This document shows, one piece after another, positions 27,089 to 37,700 of a stretch of DNA of 64,000 nt. This DNA comes from an uncultured Hyphomicrobiales bacterium (GTDB lineage Bacteria; Pseudomonadota; Alphaproteobacteria; Rhodospirillales; 2-12-FULL-67-15), in contig CAYPQV010000002.1 of assembly GCA_964412955.1 (NCBI GenBank), forward strand, positions 683 through 64,682, read 5' to 3'. The position numbers and the translations under genes were made by a program. The stretch's first letter is position 1. Each line of letters begins with the position of its first letter. Under the pieces are notes generated by a model. It worked only from the letters and a program-made list of their open reading frames with translations. It did no database searches and was not told the DNA's origin.

Positions 27089-27861
27089 CCGGCGCGCCCC
27101 GCCTGCCGGCCGGGTTCATTCTGGTCGCGCTCGAAACCACCGAAAGCACCAACGAGGACGCCAAGCGCCGCGCTGACGCAGCCGAAGCGGGGTCCGACGC
27201 CGCGCCCGACGGCCTGGTGGTCTGGTCGCTCGAACAGAAAGCCGGCAAGGGCCGGCGCGGGCGCGGCTGGGTATCGCCGCCCGGCAATCTCTACAGCTCG
27301 ATCCTGCTCCGGCCCGACCGGCCGCTGGCCGACGTCGCCGGACTCGGCTTCGCCGCCGCGCTCGCGATCCGCGAGGCGCTGCGGGCGTGGGGAACGACCG
27401 ACGTCGCCCTCAAATGGCCGAACGACGTCCTGGTCGGCGAGCGCAAGATCGCGGGCGTGCTGCTCGAATCCCGCGCCGAGGGGAACGGGAAGATTCCCGA
27501 CTGGGTGGTGGTGGGCGCCGGGATCAATCTCGCGAGCCACCCCGAGGATACCGAATTCGCTGCCACCTCGCTCGCCGCGCTCGGCCTCGCGCCGCCCGAA
27601 CCGGTCCGCGCCCTGGAAACCTACCTGGCCGCGTTCGCCCGCTGGCGCGCGCGCTGGCTTGACGGAGGGTTCGCCGCCGTGCTCGAAACCTACCGCCGCC
27701 ACGTGCGCGGCGTCGGCGCGCCGATATCGGTCCGGATCGAGGGCGAAACGGTGCGGGGCGTGTTCGACGCCCTGGAAGACGACGGCGCGCTCGCGCTTCG
27801 CTTGCCGGACGGTCCGGTGCGGCGCATTTCCGCCGGCGACGTGTTTTTCGCCCGCGGCTAG
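27085..27861 (+). CDS. birA: Biotin--[acetyl-CoA-carboxylase] ligase (group I, no N-terminal HTH domain)
   Basis: The ATG at 27085 forms an ATGA overlap with the nuoN stop. It lies in frame within track ORF 25753..27861. Motifs: QKAGKGRRGRGWVSPPGNLYSS, KWPNDVLVGERKIAGVLLE. Confidence 0.9.
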   Translation: MTGAPRLPAGFILVALETTESTNEDAKRRADAAEAGSDAAPDGLVVWSLEQKAGKGRRGRGWVSPPGNLYSSILLRPDRPLADVAGLGFAAALAIREALRAWGTTDVALKWPNDVLVGERKIAGVLLESRAEGNGKIPDWVVVGAGINLASHPEDTEFAATSLAALGLAPPEPVRALETYLAAFARWRARWLDGGFAAVLETYRRHVRGVGAPISVRIEGETVRGVFDALEDDGALALRLPDGPVRRISAGDVFFARG

Positions 27862-27876
27862 TTCGAGGGAAGACCG

Positions 27877-28671
27877 ATGATTCTCGCCATCGACTGCGGC
27901 AACACCAACACCGTGTTCGCGGTTTTCGCCGACGACGGCAAGACGCGCGGCGACTGGCGCTCGTCGACCGACCACAACCGCACCGCCGACGAGTTCGGCC
28001 TGTGGCTCACGCAACTGCTGCGCCTGTCGGGGATCGATCCCGGCGAAATCAAAAGCGCCATCGTCGCGACCGTGGTGCCGGCGGTCTTGTTCAGCCTCAA
28101 GACCATGTGCCGCAAGTATTTCGATTGCGACCCGATCGTGGTCGGCGATCCGGGCGTCGATCTGGGCATCAAGGTCCTGGTCGATCACCCCGAGGAGGTC
28201 GGCGCCGACCGCCTGGTCAACGCGGTCGCGGCCAAGGACAGCTACCGGGGCCCGATGATCGTCATCGACTTCGGCACCGCCACCACCTTCGACGTGATCG
28301 ACGCCGACGGTAATTATCGCGGCGGGGTGATCGCGCCGGGTGTGAATTTGTCGGCCGAGGCGCTGCACATGGCGGCGGCCAAGCTGCCGCGCGTCGCCAT
28401 CGGCCGGCCCGAGCGCGTCATCGGCACCGGCACCGTCGCGGCGATGAAATCCGGCATCTACTGGGGCTATGTCGCCATGATCGAGGGCCTGGTCGAGCGC
28501 ATCCGCAAGGAATACGGCGCCGAGATGGAGGTGATCGCGACCGGCGGCCTGGCGCCGCTGTTCAACGACGCGGTGCCGTGCATCAAGCGCGCCGACCTGG
28601 ATCTGACTCTGCGCGGCCTCTACGCCATCCACCGGCGCAACACCCAGACCCGCGCCAAGACCGGCATATGA
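27877..28671 (+). CDS. coaX: Type III pantothenate kinase
   Basis: 264-aa ORF with MILAIDCGNTNTVFAVF, VIDFGTATTFD, GADRL. Confidence 0.93.
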   Translation: MILAIDCGNTNTVFAVFADDGKTRGDWRSSTDHNRTADEFGLWLTQLLRLSGIDPGEIKSAIVATVVPAVLFSLKTMCRKYFDCDPIVVGDPGVDLGIKVLVDHPEEVGADRLVNAVAAKDSYRGPMIVIDFGTATTFDVIDADGNYRGGVIAPGVNLSAEALHMAAAKLPRVAIGRPERVIGTGTVAAMKSGIYWGYVAMIEGLVERIRKEYGAEMEVIATGGLAPLFNDAVPCIKRADLDLTLRGLYAIHRRNTQTRAKTGI

Positions 28672-30350
28672 GCCGTTCCCCGGCCGCGCGCCCCGATTCC
28701 GAGTTGGTCTTCGTCGCGCTCGGCGGCGCGGGCGAGATCGGCATGAACCTCAACCTTTACGGCTACGGCCCCGCGCCCGACGGCCACCAATGGCTGATGG
28801 TCGATTTGGGCGTCACCTTCGGCGACGGCCGTCTGCCCGGCGTCGACGTCATCATGCCCGACCCGGCGTTCATCGCCGAACGGCGCGGGCGGCTGCTCGG
28901 CCTGGTGCTGACCCACGCGCACGAGGACCACCTCGGCGCGGTGCCGTACCTGTGGGAACGCCTCGGCTGCCCGGTCTACGCGACGCCGTTCGCGGTGTCG
29001 ATCCTGTCGCGCAAGCTGCGCGAAGCGGGGATGGAAGGAAAGGTGCCGATCCGCGTGGTGCCGCTCGGCGGGCGGATTTCCATCGGGCCGTTCGAGATCG
29101 AGTTGGTCACCGTCACCCATTCGATCCCGGAACCGAACGCGCTCGCGATCCGCACCCCGCGCGGGGTCGTGGTTCATACTGGCGACTGGAAATTCGACCC
29201 CGAGCCGGTGGTCGGCGAGCTCTCCGACGAAGCGGCCCTGCGCCGCCTGGGCGACGAAGGCGTGCTCGCCATCGTTTGCGATTCCACCAACGTGTTCACG
29301 CCCGGCGTGTCGGGCTCGGAATCCGAACTGGAAGCGACCCTGACCGAGCTGATCCGCGAAGCCCCGGCGCGGGTCGCGGTCGCTTGTTTCGCGACCAACG
29401 TCGCGCGCCTCGAAACCATCGCGCGGGCGGCGGCAGCGTGCGGGCGCGACGTGGTCATCGCCGGACGCTCGCTGCGGCGGATCGACGCGGCCGCGCGCGA
29501 AAACGGCTATCTCGCCGGCACGCGCGCCTTCCTCGACGAGGAAGCGGCGGGCTGGCTGCCGCCCGACCGCGCGGTCATCATCTGCACCGGCAGCCAGGGC
29601 GAGCCGCGCGCCGCGCTCGCCCGCATCGCCGCCGACGATCATCCCAACGTGACCCTGGGAGAAGGCGATCTGGTGATCTTCTCGTCGCGCGTCATCCCCG
29701 GCAACGAAATCGCGATCGCCAAGCTGCAGAACGATCTGGTCCGGCTCGGAATCAAGATCGTCACCTGGCGCGATCATCACGTGCATGTTTCCGGCCATCC
29801 CGCCCGCGACGAGCTTGCGCGCATGTACCAGCTGGTCCGGCCGCGCATCGCCGTGCCGGTCCACGGCGAACTGCGCCATATGCTCGAGCACGCGGACCTG
29901 GCGCGCGCCTGCCAGGTGCCCGAGGCCGTGGTTTCCGAAAACGGCGGCGTGATCCGGCTCGCCCCCGGCGCGGCGGAGGTGGTCGACCGGGTGCCGGTCG
30001 GACGGCTCGCGGTCGACGGCAACCGGCTGGTGCCGCTCGACGGCGCGCTTGTGCGCGACCGCAACCGCGCCATATACAATGGGGCGGCCGTGGTCACCGT
30101 GGTTCTCGACGCGCGCGGCCGGGTCACGGGCGAGGTGCAGATTTCGACTCTCGGCGTGATGGAGGCGGGCGACGAGGACGCGCTCGGCGTCGTGCGCGAG
30201 ACGGTCGAGGAAGTGATCGCCGCGACGCCCGCCGCGCGGCGGAGTGACGACGCGGCGCTCAGGGAAGCGCTTCGGATCGCGGTGCGGCGCGCGTTCCGCG
30301 ACCGCTTCGACAAGCGCCCGGTCACCAGCATCCATCTGGTGCGCGTTTGA
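28668..30350 (+). CDS. rnj: Ribonuclease J (metallo-beta-lactamase / beta-CASP family)
   Basis: The ATG at 28668 forms an ATGA overlap with the coaX stop. It lies in frame within track ORF 28578..30350. Motifs: LGGAGEIGMNL, the zinc motif THAHEDHLGA, VHTGDWKFD, and HVSGH. Confidence 0.9.
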   Translation: MSRSPAARPDSELVFVALGGAGEIGMNLNLYGYGPAPDGHQWLMVDLGVTFGDGRLPGVDVIMPDPAFIAERRGRLLGLVLTHAHEDHLGAVPYLWERLGCPVYATPFAVSILSRKLREAGMEGKVPIRVVPLGGRISIGPFEIELVTVTHSIPEPNALAIRTPRGVVVHTGDWKFDPEPVVGELSDEAALRRLGDEGVLAIVCDSTNVFTPGVSGSESELEATLTELIREAPARVAVACFATNVARLETIARAAAACGRDVVIAGRSLRRIDAAARENGYLAGTRAFLDEEAAGWLPPDRAVIICTGSQGEPRAALARIAADDHPNVTLGEGDLVIFSSRVIPGNEIAIAKLQNDLVRLGIKIVTWRDHHVHVSGHPARDELARMYQLVRPRIAVPVHGELRHMLEHADLARACQVPEAVVSENGGVIRLAPGAAEVVDRVPVGRLAVDGNRLVPLDGALVRDRNRAIYNGAAVVTVVLDARGRVTGEVQISTLGVMEAGDEDALGVVRETVEEVIAATPAARRSDDAALREALRIAVRRAFRDRFDKRPVTSIHLVRV

Positions 30351-30372
30351 AGCGACGGGAGGGAATCGGATC

Positions 30373-30777
30373 GTGATCGGAAAGCTCAACCACGTGGCGA
30401 TCGCGGTGCCCGACTTGGCGGCGGCGGCGAAGCTGTACCGCGACCTGCTCGGCGCCAAGGTTTCGGAACCGGTGCCGGAACCCGCGCACGGCGTCACCGT
30501 CGTCTTCGTCGAACTGCCCAACACCAAGATCGAGCTGCTCCATCCGCTCGGCGATAATTCGCCCATCGCCGGATTCCTCGCCAAGAACGCGCAGGGCGGC
30601 ATCCACCACGTCTGTTACGAGGTGCCCGACATCCGCGCCGCGCGCGACCGCCTCAAGGCGGGAGGCGCGCGCGTGCTCGGCGACGGCGAACCGAAGATCG
30701 GCGCGCACGGCAAGCCGGTGCTGTTCCTGCACCCCAAGGATTTTTGCGGCACCCTGATCGAGCTGGAAGAGGCGTGA
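30373..30777 (+). CDS. mce: Methylmalonyl-CoA epimerase (VOC/glyoxalase-fold)
   Basis: In-frame GTG at 30373, preceded by GGGAGGGA. The product is (M)IGKLNHVAIAVPDLAAAAKLYRDLLGA...GIHHVCYEVPDI...FLHPKDFCGTLIELEE, 134 aa. Confidence 0.88.
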   Translation: MIGKLNHVAIAVPDLAAAAKLYRDLLGAKVSEPVPEPAHGVTVVFVELPNTKIELLHPLGDNSPIAGFLAKNAQGGIHHVCYEVPDIRAARDRLKAGGARVLGDGEPKIGAHGKPVLFLHPKDFCGTLIELEEA

Positions 30778-30783
30778 GCGGCG

Positions 30784-31023
30784 ATGAAGTGGTACACCGC
30801 GCTCGCGATCTACACCGTTATCTGGTGGCTGGTCCTGTTCATGGTGCTGCCGTGGGGCAACCGGCCGATCGCGGCCGAGGACGTGGCCAAGGGCCACGCC
30901 GCCGGATCGCCCGACCGCCCGCGCATCCTGATCAAGTTCGCGGTCACGTCGGTGGTGGCGGCGGTCGTGTTCGCGATCGGTTACTGGGTCTACGTTTCCG
31001 ATCTGATAACGATCCGCCGTTGA
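30784..31023 (+). CDS. DUF1467-family small membrane protein
   Basis: 79-aa ORF MKWYTALAIYTVIWWLVLFMVLPWG...VVAAVVFAIGYWV with two TM helices. As I recall, a gene of this kind usually sits next to mce in alphaproteobacteria. Confidence 0.8.
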   Translation: MKWYTALAIYTVIWWLVLFMVLPWGNRPIAAEDVAKGHAAGSPDRPRILIKFAVTSVVAAVVFAIGYWVYVSDLITIRR

Positions 31024-31070
31024 GACACCCCGGCCTGTACCCGGGGCTCGCCCGGGGTTATGATGGACCC

Positions 31071-31493
31071 ATGCGCACGTTCATGACCGCCGCCGCGATC
31101 CTGTCCCTGCTCGCGCCCGCTGCCGGGGCGTTCGCCGCGTCCGCCAAGGGCTCGTCGGTCAAGGTGACCCGGAGCGAGTGCCGCGGCATCGCCAAGCACC
31201 AATCGAGCGCCGAGTACAAGCCCGGCACCGACGCGCGCGGCAAGAAGGTCAAGGAGGCCGACCTGCCCGGCGGCAATCCCATCAAGCTGCCCGAAACCAT
31301 TTCCATCGACATCGGGATCGACCTCGACAAGAAATACGGCCTCGGCTCGGGCGGCAAGTACACGGGCGAGGGCACGGTCGGCAAGGTCACGGTCAAGGGC
31401 GACAAGGTTTACTGGAACGGCAAGCCTCTCGATCAGCGCGACCAGGCCGCCATCGCCGAAGCCTGCCGGCAAACCTACGGAACGAAAAAATAA
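31071..31493 (+). CDS. Secreted hypothetical protein (signal peptide, two Cys, function unknown)
   Basis: The in-frame ATG at 31071 within track ORF 30744..31493 gives [22 protein letters not shown]|ASAKGS..., a typical Sec signal peptide. The product is 140 aa. Its stop overlaps the proS start (TAATG). Confidence 0.65.
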   Translation: MRTFMTAAAILSLLAPAAGAFAASAKGSSVKVTRSECRGIAKHQSSAEYKPGTDARGKKVKEADLPGGNPIKLPETISIDIGIDLDKKYGLGSGGKYTGEGTVGKVTVKGDKVYWNGKPLDQRDQAAIAEACRQTYGTKK

Positions 31494-32809
31494 TGCGTCT
31501 GTCCCGCTATTTTCTGCCCACCCTCAAGGAAAACCCGTCCGAAGCCCAGATCGTCTCCCACCGCCTGATGCTGCGGGCGGGCATGATCCGCCAATCCAGC
31601 GCCGGCATCTATTCGTGGCTGCCGCTCGGCTTTCGCGTGCTCGCCAACATCCAGCGCATCGTCGAGGAGGAGCAGGACGCCATCGGCTGCCAGCAGCTGC
31701 TGATGCCGACCATCCAGCCCGCCGACCTGTGGCGCGAAAGCGACCGCTACGACGCCTACGGACCCGAAATGCTGCGCATCCGCGACCGCCACGAGCGCGA
31801 CATGCTCTACGGTCCCACCAACGAGGAGCAGATCACCGACATCGTCCGCGGCTCGATCAAGTCGTACCGGGACCTGCCCAAGATGCTCTATCACGTACAA
31901 TGGAAATTCCGCGACGAAATCCGCCCCCGCTTCGGCGTGATGCGCGGGCGCGAATTCCTGATGAAGGACGCCTATTCGTTCGACCTCGACTACGACGGCG
32001 CGCGCACGTCCTACAACAAGATGTTCGCCTGCTACCTGCGCACGTTCGGGCGCCTCGGGCTCAAGGCGATCCCGCTCGCCGCCGACACCGGACCGATCGG
32101 CGGCGACCTCAGCCACGAATTCCTGATCCTCGCCGAAACCGGCGAATCGCAGGTGTTCTGCCACCGCCGGCTGCTCGACGTCGCGCTGCCCGACGCGGTG
32201 CCAGACGATCCCAAGGACCTGCAAGGGTTGGTCGACCGATGGACCTCGGTCTACGCCGCGAGCGACGAGAAGCACGATCCGGCCAAGGGCGCCGCGCTGG
32301 GGGGCGATCTGGTCACCGCGCGCGGCATCGAGGTCGGGCACATCTTCTATTTCGGCACCAAGTACTCGAAGCCGATGAAGGCGGTGGTCGCCGGGCCCAA
32401 GGGCGAGGAACTGACGATCGAAATGGGCTCCTACGGCATCGGCGTCTCGCGCCTCGCGGGCGCGATCATCGAGGCGTCCCACGATCAGGCCGGGATCATC
32501 TGGCCCGAATCCGTCGCGCCGTTCCGCGTCGGGCTGATCAACCTCAAGAACGGCGACGCCGAGTGCGACGCGGCGTGCGAAGACGTCTACCGCACCCTCG
32601 GCGAGCGCGGCGTGACGACGCTCTACGACGACCGCGACCAGCGCGCGGGCGTGAAATTCGCCGACATGGACCTGATCGGCCTGCCGTGGCAGCTGGTGAT
32701 CGGCCCGCGCGGGGTGAAAAACGGCGTGGTCGAATTCAAGAACCGCAGGAGCGGCGAACGCCAGGAACTGAGCCGCGAATCCGCGCTTGCCCGTCTGACC
32801 GGCGGCTGA
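31493..32809 (+). CDS. proS: Proline--tRNA ligase (short form lacking the INS editing insertion)
   Basis: The ATG at 31493 gives [34 protein letters not shown]. Class II motifs [25 protein letters not shown] and GSYGIGVSR are present. Product 438 aa. Confidence 0.93.
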   Translation: MRLSRYFLPTLKENPSEAQIVSHRLMLRAGMIRQSSAGIYSWLPLGFRVLANIQRIVEEEQDAIGCQQLLMPTIQPADLWRESDRYDAYGPEMLRIRDRHERDMLYGPTNEEQITDIVRGSIKSYRDLPKMLYHVQWKFRDEIRPRFGVMRGREFLMKDAYSFDLDYDGARTSYNKMFACYLRTFGRLGLKAIPLAADTGPIGGDLSHEFLILAETGESQVFCHRRLLDVALPDAVPDDPKDLQGLVDRWTSVYAASDEKHDPAKGAALGGDLVTARGIEVGHIFYFGTKYSKPMKAVVAGPKGEELTIEMGSYGIGVSRLAGAIIEASHDQAGIIWPESVAPFRVGLINLKNGDAECDAACEDVYRTLGERGVTTLYDDRDQRAGVKFADMDLIGLPWQLVIGPRGVKNGVVEFKNRRSGERQELSRESALARLTGG

Positions 32810-32830
32810 GGCGGGGAAGGGGCCTCGCGC

Positions 32831-34075
32831 GTGTTCACCCGCTTCGAATGGTCGGTCGCCATGCGCTACCTGCGCGCGCGGCGCCAGGAAGGATTCATCT
32901 CCGTCATCGCCTGGTTCTCGCTGCTCGGCATCGCCCTCGGCGTCGCCACCCTGATCATCGTCATGTCGGTGATGAACGGGTTCCGCCACGAACTGCTGAC
33001 GCGCATCCTCGGCCTCAACGGCCACCTCGGCGTCTATGGCCTGTCGGCGCCGCTCGCCGATTTCGACGCCGTGGCGCTCGCCGTGCGCAAGGTGCCGGGG
33101 GTCGTCTCCGCCACCCCCATCGTCGAGGGCCAGGTGATGGCGACCGCGCGCGGCACCGCGCGCGGCGCCCTGGTGCGCGGCATCCGGCCCGACGATCTCG
33201 CCAGGCAAAGCCTGGTCGCCGGCAGCATCGTCGGCGGCGGGCTCGCCCAGTTCCAGGGCGAGGATTCGGTCGTGGTCGGCGCCCGGCTCGCCGACCGGCT
33301 CGGCCTCGCGGTCGGCGACCGGATCACGCTCGTTTCGCCGCAGACCACGGCGACCGCGCTCGGCACCGTGCCGCGCATGCGCGCCTACCGCATCGTCGCC
33401 ACCTTCAACGTCGGCATGTTCGAATACGATTCGAGCTACGTCTACATGCCGCTGGAAGCCGCGCAAATCTACTTCCGCGTCCCCGACGCGGTCACCAACC
33501 TGGAAGTGTTCGTCACCGATCCCGACGATGCGCCCCGCGTCGGGGCGCACATCCTGGGCGCGCTGCAAGGCAAGGTCCGCATCCACGACTGGCAGCAGGC
33601 CAATTCCAGCTTCTTCAACGCGGTCCAGGTCGAACGCAACGTCATGTTCCTGATTCTGACGCTGATCATCCTGGTCGCCGCGTTCAACATCGTTTCCAGC
33701 ATGATCATGCTGGTCAAGGACAAGGGCCGCGACATCGCCATCCTGCGCACCATGGGCGCGACGCGGGGCTCGATCATGCGCATCTTCTTCATGAGCGGGG
33801 CCAGCATCGGCGTCATCGGCACGCTCGCCGGGTTCGTGCTCGGGGTCGCGTTCGCGCTCAACATCGAATCGATCCGCCAGGCGATCCAGGGATTGACCGG
33901 CGGCGAACTGTTCGCCGCCGAAATCTACTTCCTCTCCAAGCTGCCGGCGCGCCTCGACTGGTCGGAAGTGACGGCGGTGGTGCTGATGGGGTTCGGGCTT
34001 TCGTTCCTCGCCACCATCTATCCCTCGTGGCGCGCCGCGACCATCGATCCGGCCGAGGCCCTTCGCTATGAGTAA
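32831..34075 (+). CDS. lolC: Lipoprotein-releasing ABC transporter permease LolC/LolE family
   Basis: 414-aa ORF with a GTG start. Sequence: [34 protein letters not shown], with a C-terminal FtsX-like domain ending ...[18 protein letters not shown]. Confidence 0.9.
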   Translation: MFTRFEWSVAMRYLRARRQEGFISVIAWFSLLGIALGVATLIIVMSVMNGFRHELLTRILGLNGHLGVYGLSAPLADFDAVALAVRKVPGVVSATPIVEGQVMATARGTARGALVRGIRPDDLARQSLVAGSIVGGGLAQFQGEDSVVVGARLADRLGLAVGDRITLVSPQTTATALGTVPRMRAYRIVATFNVGMFEYDSSYVYMPLEAAQIYFRVPDAVTNLEVFVTDPDDAPRVGAHILGALQGKVRIHDWQQANSSFFNAVQVERNVMFLILTLIILVAAFNIVSSMIMLVKDKGRDIAILRTMGATRGSIMRIFFMSGASIGVIGTLAGFVLGVAFALNIESIRQAIQGLTGGELFAAEIYFLSKLPARLDWSEVTAVVLMGFGLSFLATIYPSWRAATIDPAEALRYE

Positions 34076-34748
34076 GACCGTCCTCCAGCTCGCCGGGGTC
34101 GTGCGCGTGTTCCGCCAGGGCCGCGATTCGCTCGCGGTGCTGAAGGGCGCCAACCTGTCGCTGCGCGCGGGAGAGATCGTCGCCCTGGTCGGGCCCTCCG
34201 GCGCGGGCAAATCGACGCTTCTGCACATCGCCGGCCTTCTGGAAAAGCCGGACGAGGGGGAGGTAATCATCGCCGACCTCGCCTGCGGCGCCCTCGACGA
34301 CGACGAACGCACCCGGCTGCGCCGCGCCAACCTCGGCTTCGTCTACCAGTACCATCACCTGCTGCCGGAATTCTCGGCCCTGGAAAACGTGATCGTGCCC
34401 CAGGCCATCGCCGGGCTGGCGCGGGGCGAGGCCGAATCCCGCGCGCGCGAACTGCTCGCCACCCTGGGGCTCTCCGAACGGGCCCATCATCGCCCGGCGC
34501 GCCTCTCGGGCGGCGAACAGCAGCGCGTCGCCATCGCCCGCGCGCTCGCCAACGCGCCCGCCGTGCTGCTCGCCGACGAACCGACCGGCAACCTCGACCC
34601 GCACACGGCCGACGAGGTGTTCGGCTTGCTTCTCCGGCTCGCGCGCGGCGCGAATCTCGCCGCCCTGATCGCCACCCACAACCTCGACCTCGCCCGGCGC
34701 ATGGACCGCACGATTCGCCTGCACGACGGCGTGCTTGTGGATAATTAA
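34068..34748 (+). CDS. lolD: Lipoprotein-releasing ABC transporter ATP-binding protein LolD
   Basis: 226-aa ORF overlapping the lolC end. Walker [10 protein letters not shown], signature [15 protein letters not shown], Walker [12 protein letters not shown]. Confidence 0.93.
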   Translation: MSKTVLQLAGVVRVFRQGRDSLAVLKGANLSLRAGEIVALVGPSGAGKSTLLHIAGLLEKPDEGEVIIADLACGALDDDERTRLRRANLGFVYQYHHLLPEFSALENVIVPQAIAGLARGEAESRARELLATLGLSERAHHRPARLSGGEQQRVAIARALANAPAVLLADEPTGNLDPHTADEVFGLLLRLARGANLAALIATHNLDLARRMDRTIRLHDGVLVDN

Positions 34749-34796
34749 ATCGATTCGGGTGACTTCGCGCGCGGGGTGTGAAATTCTTTTCACTCC

Positions 34797-37700
34797 ATGC
34801 CGCACGCCCCGTTCGTCCATCTCCGAGTTCATTCCGCCTATTCGCTGTCCGAAGGCGCGATCCGCATCGACGCCCTGGTAAAGCTCTGCCGCCAGCTCGA
34901 CATGCCGGCGGTCGCGATCACCGACACCAACAACCTGTTCGGCGCGCTCGAATTTTCCCATTACGCGCGCGACGCGGGCGTGCAGCCGATCATCGGCTGC
35001 CAACTCAGTTTGACGCGCGAAGACCCGGCGGGCGCGCGTCCCGGATTCGCTCCGGCGAACGCGAGCGGTCCCGAAGCCGACCCGTTGGTGCTGCTGGTGC
35101 AAAGCGCCGCCGGTTATCGCAACCTGCTCAAGCTCATCCGCGTCGCTCAATTCGGGACGGATGGCGGCGAAGCCCCGATCAACCCGCAAGTCGGCCTCGA
35201 CGATCTCGCCCGTCACGGCGATGGACTCATTCTGCTCACCGGCGGGGCGGCGGGGCCGGTCGGCCGGTTGCTTGCCGCCGGACAAGCGCCCGCCGCCGAG
35301 GCGCTGCTGCTGCGCCTCGGCCAGGCATTTCCCGGAAGGCTCTACGTCGAACTGATGCGCCACGGCTCGCCGGAGGAAAAAACGACCGAGGCGGGTTTCC
35401 TCGATCTCGCCTATCGCCATGACCTGCCGCTGGTCGCGACCAACGAGGCGTTCTTTCCCGAACGGCGCATGCACGAAGCCCACGACGCGCTGCTCTGCAT
35501 CGCCGCGGGCGCGACCCTTTCGGCGACCGAGCGGCGGCGGGTGACGGCCGAACACTACCTCAAGTCCCCCGACGAGATGCGGGAACTATTCGCCGATCTG
35601 CCGGAAGCGGTGGACAACACCCTCGTCATCGCCAAGCGCTGCTCCTTCATGGTCGAAAAGGTGGCGCCGATCCTGCCGCCGTTCGATTGCGGCCCGGGGA
35701 TGAACGAAACCGAAGGGCTCAAGGCCCAGTCCCAGGCCGGGCTCGAGGCGCGCCTCAAGGCGAGCGTCTGGAAGCCGGGCATGGACGAGGCGGAGAAAGA
35801 GGCGATCGCGCGGCCCTATCGCGAGCGGCTCGACTACGAACTCGGCGTCATCGCCAAGATGGGCTATGCCGGTTATTTCCTGATCGTCGCCGACTTCATC
35901 CGCTGGGCCAAGGCGCAGGGGATTCCGGTCGGGCCGGGGCGCGGTTCGGGCGCGGGCTCGGTGGTCGCCTGGGCGTTGACCATCACCGACCTCGATCCGT
36001 TGCGCTTCGGGTTGCTGTTCGAGCGATTCCTGAACCCCGAGCGCGTGTCGATGCCCGATTTCGACATCGACTTCTGCCAGGACCGCCGCGACGAGGTGAT
36101 CCATTACGTCCAGGACCGCTACGGCCGCGACCGGGTGGCGCAGATCATCACCTTCGGCAAGCTCCAGGCCCGCGCCGTGCTGCGCGACGTCGGCCGGGTG
36201 CTGGAAATGCCCTACGGCCAGGTCGACAAGCTCTGCAAGATGGTGCCGCACGATCCGGCCAAGCCGGTGACCCTCGACCAGGCGGTGGCCAAGGAACCGC
36301 TGCTGCAAAACGCCATCGACGAGGATCCCGCGGTCGAGCGCCTGTTCGCCATCGCCCGCCAGCTGGAAGGGCTCTACCGCCACGCCTCGACCCACGCCGG
36401 GGGCGTGGTGATCGGCGATCGGCCGCTCGACGAATTGATCCCGCTTTACCGCGATCCCAAGTCCGATCGGCTGGTGACCGGATTTAATATGAAATACGTC
36501 GAGGAAGCGGGCCTGATCAAGTTCGACTTCCTCGGCCTGAAGACCCTCACCGTGCTCGCCGACGCCGCCAAGCTGGCGGAAGCGAGCAGCGGCGCCCGGA
36601 TCGACCTCGCCAATCTGCCGCTCGACGACGAGGCGACCTTCGCCATGCTGGCGCGCGCCGACACCACCGGGGTGTTCCAGCTGGAAAGCGCGGGCATGCG
36701 CGACGTACTGCGCAACCTGAAGGCCGACAGCTTCGAGGACATCATCGCCGTCGTCGCCCTCTATCGCCCGGGCCCGATGGGCAACATCCCGAGCTACATC
36801 CGGCGCAAGCACGGCCAGGAGAAGCCCGATTACCTCTACCCGACCCTGGAAGGGATACTGAAGGAGACCTTCGGCATCATCATCTACCAGGAACAGGTGA
36901 TGCAGATCGCCCAGGAACTGGCCGGTTTCTCCCTCGGCCACGCCGACCTGATCCGCCGCGCCATGGGCAAGAAGATCAAGTCGGAAATGGACAAGCAGCG
37001 CGAGGCGTTTGTCCAGGGCGCGCGCAACCGCAACGTGCCCGAGGCGCGCGCGCGGGACATCTTCGACTTGGTCGCCAAGTTCGCCGACTACGGGTTCAAC
37101 AAGTCGCATGCCGCCACCTACGCGCTGGTCGCTTACCAGACCGCCTACCTCAAGGCCCATCACCCGGTCGAGTTCCTCGCCGCCTCGATGACCCATGACA
37201 TGACCAACACCGACAAGCTCAACGTCTTCCGCCAGGAAGTGGATCGCATGGGAATCCGCCTGCTGCCGCCGGACATGAACGCCTCCGAGGCGCGCTTCTC
37301 GGTCGACCGCGATACTGAAGGCAACCCGGCGATCCGCTACGCGCTCGCGGCCGTGCGCAACGTCGGCGCCGCGGCCATGGACGCCTTGGTCGCGGAACGG
37401 CGCGCGAACGGGCCGTTCCGCGATCTCGCCGATTTCGCCCGGCGGCTCGATCCCAAGGTCGCCAACAAGCGCGCGCTCGAAAACCTCGCCCGCGCCGGGG
37501 CGTTCGACGCCCTCAACCGCAACCGGCGCCAGGTGTTCGAGGGGGTCGAGGGGATCCTGCGCCACGCTCACGCCGCCCACGAGGAACGCTCCAGTTCGCA
37601 AATCCCGCTTTTCGGCGGGGGCGGGGGCGACACCCAGGCCAAAGTCGTCCTGCCCGACGTGCCCGATTGGCCGCCCATGGACCGCCTCGGCCACGAATTC

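Noticed and set aside
31475-34330. 951-aa minus-strand ORF, the longest in the track.
   Set aside because: It is antisense to proS, lolC and the lolD start. It has no motifs and shows the typical shadow composition.
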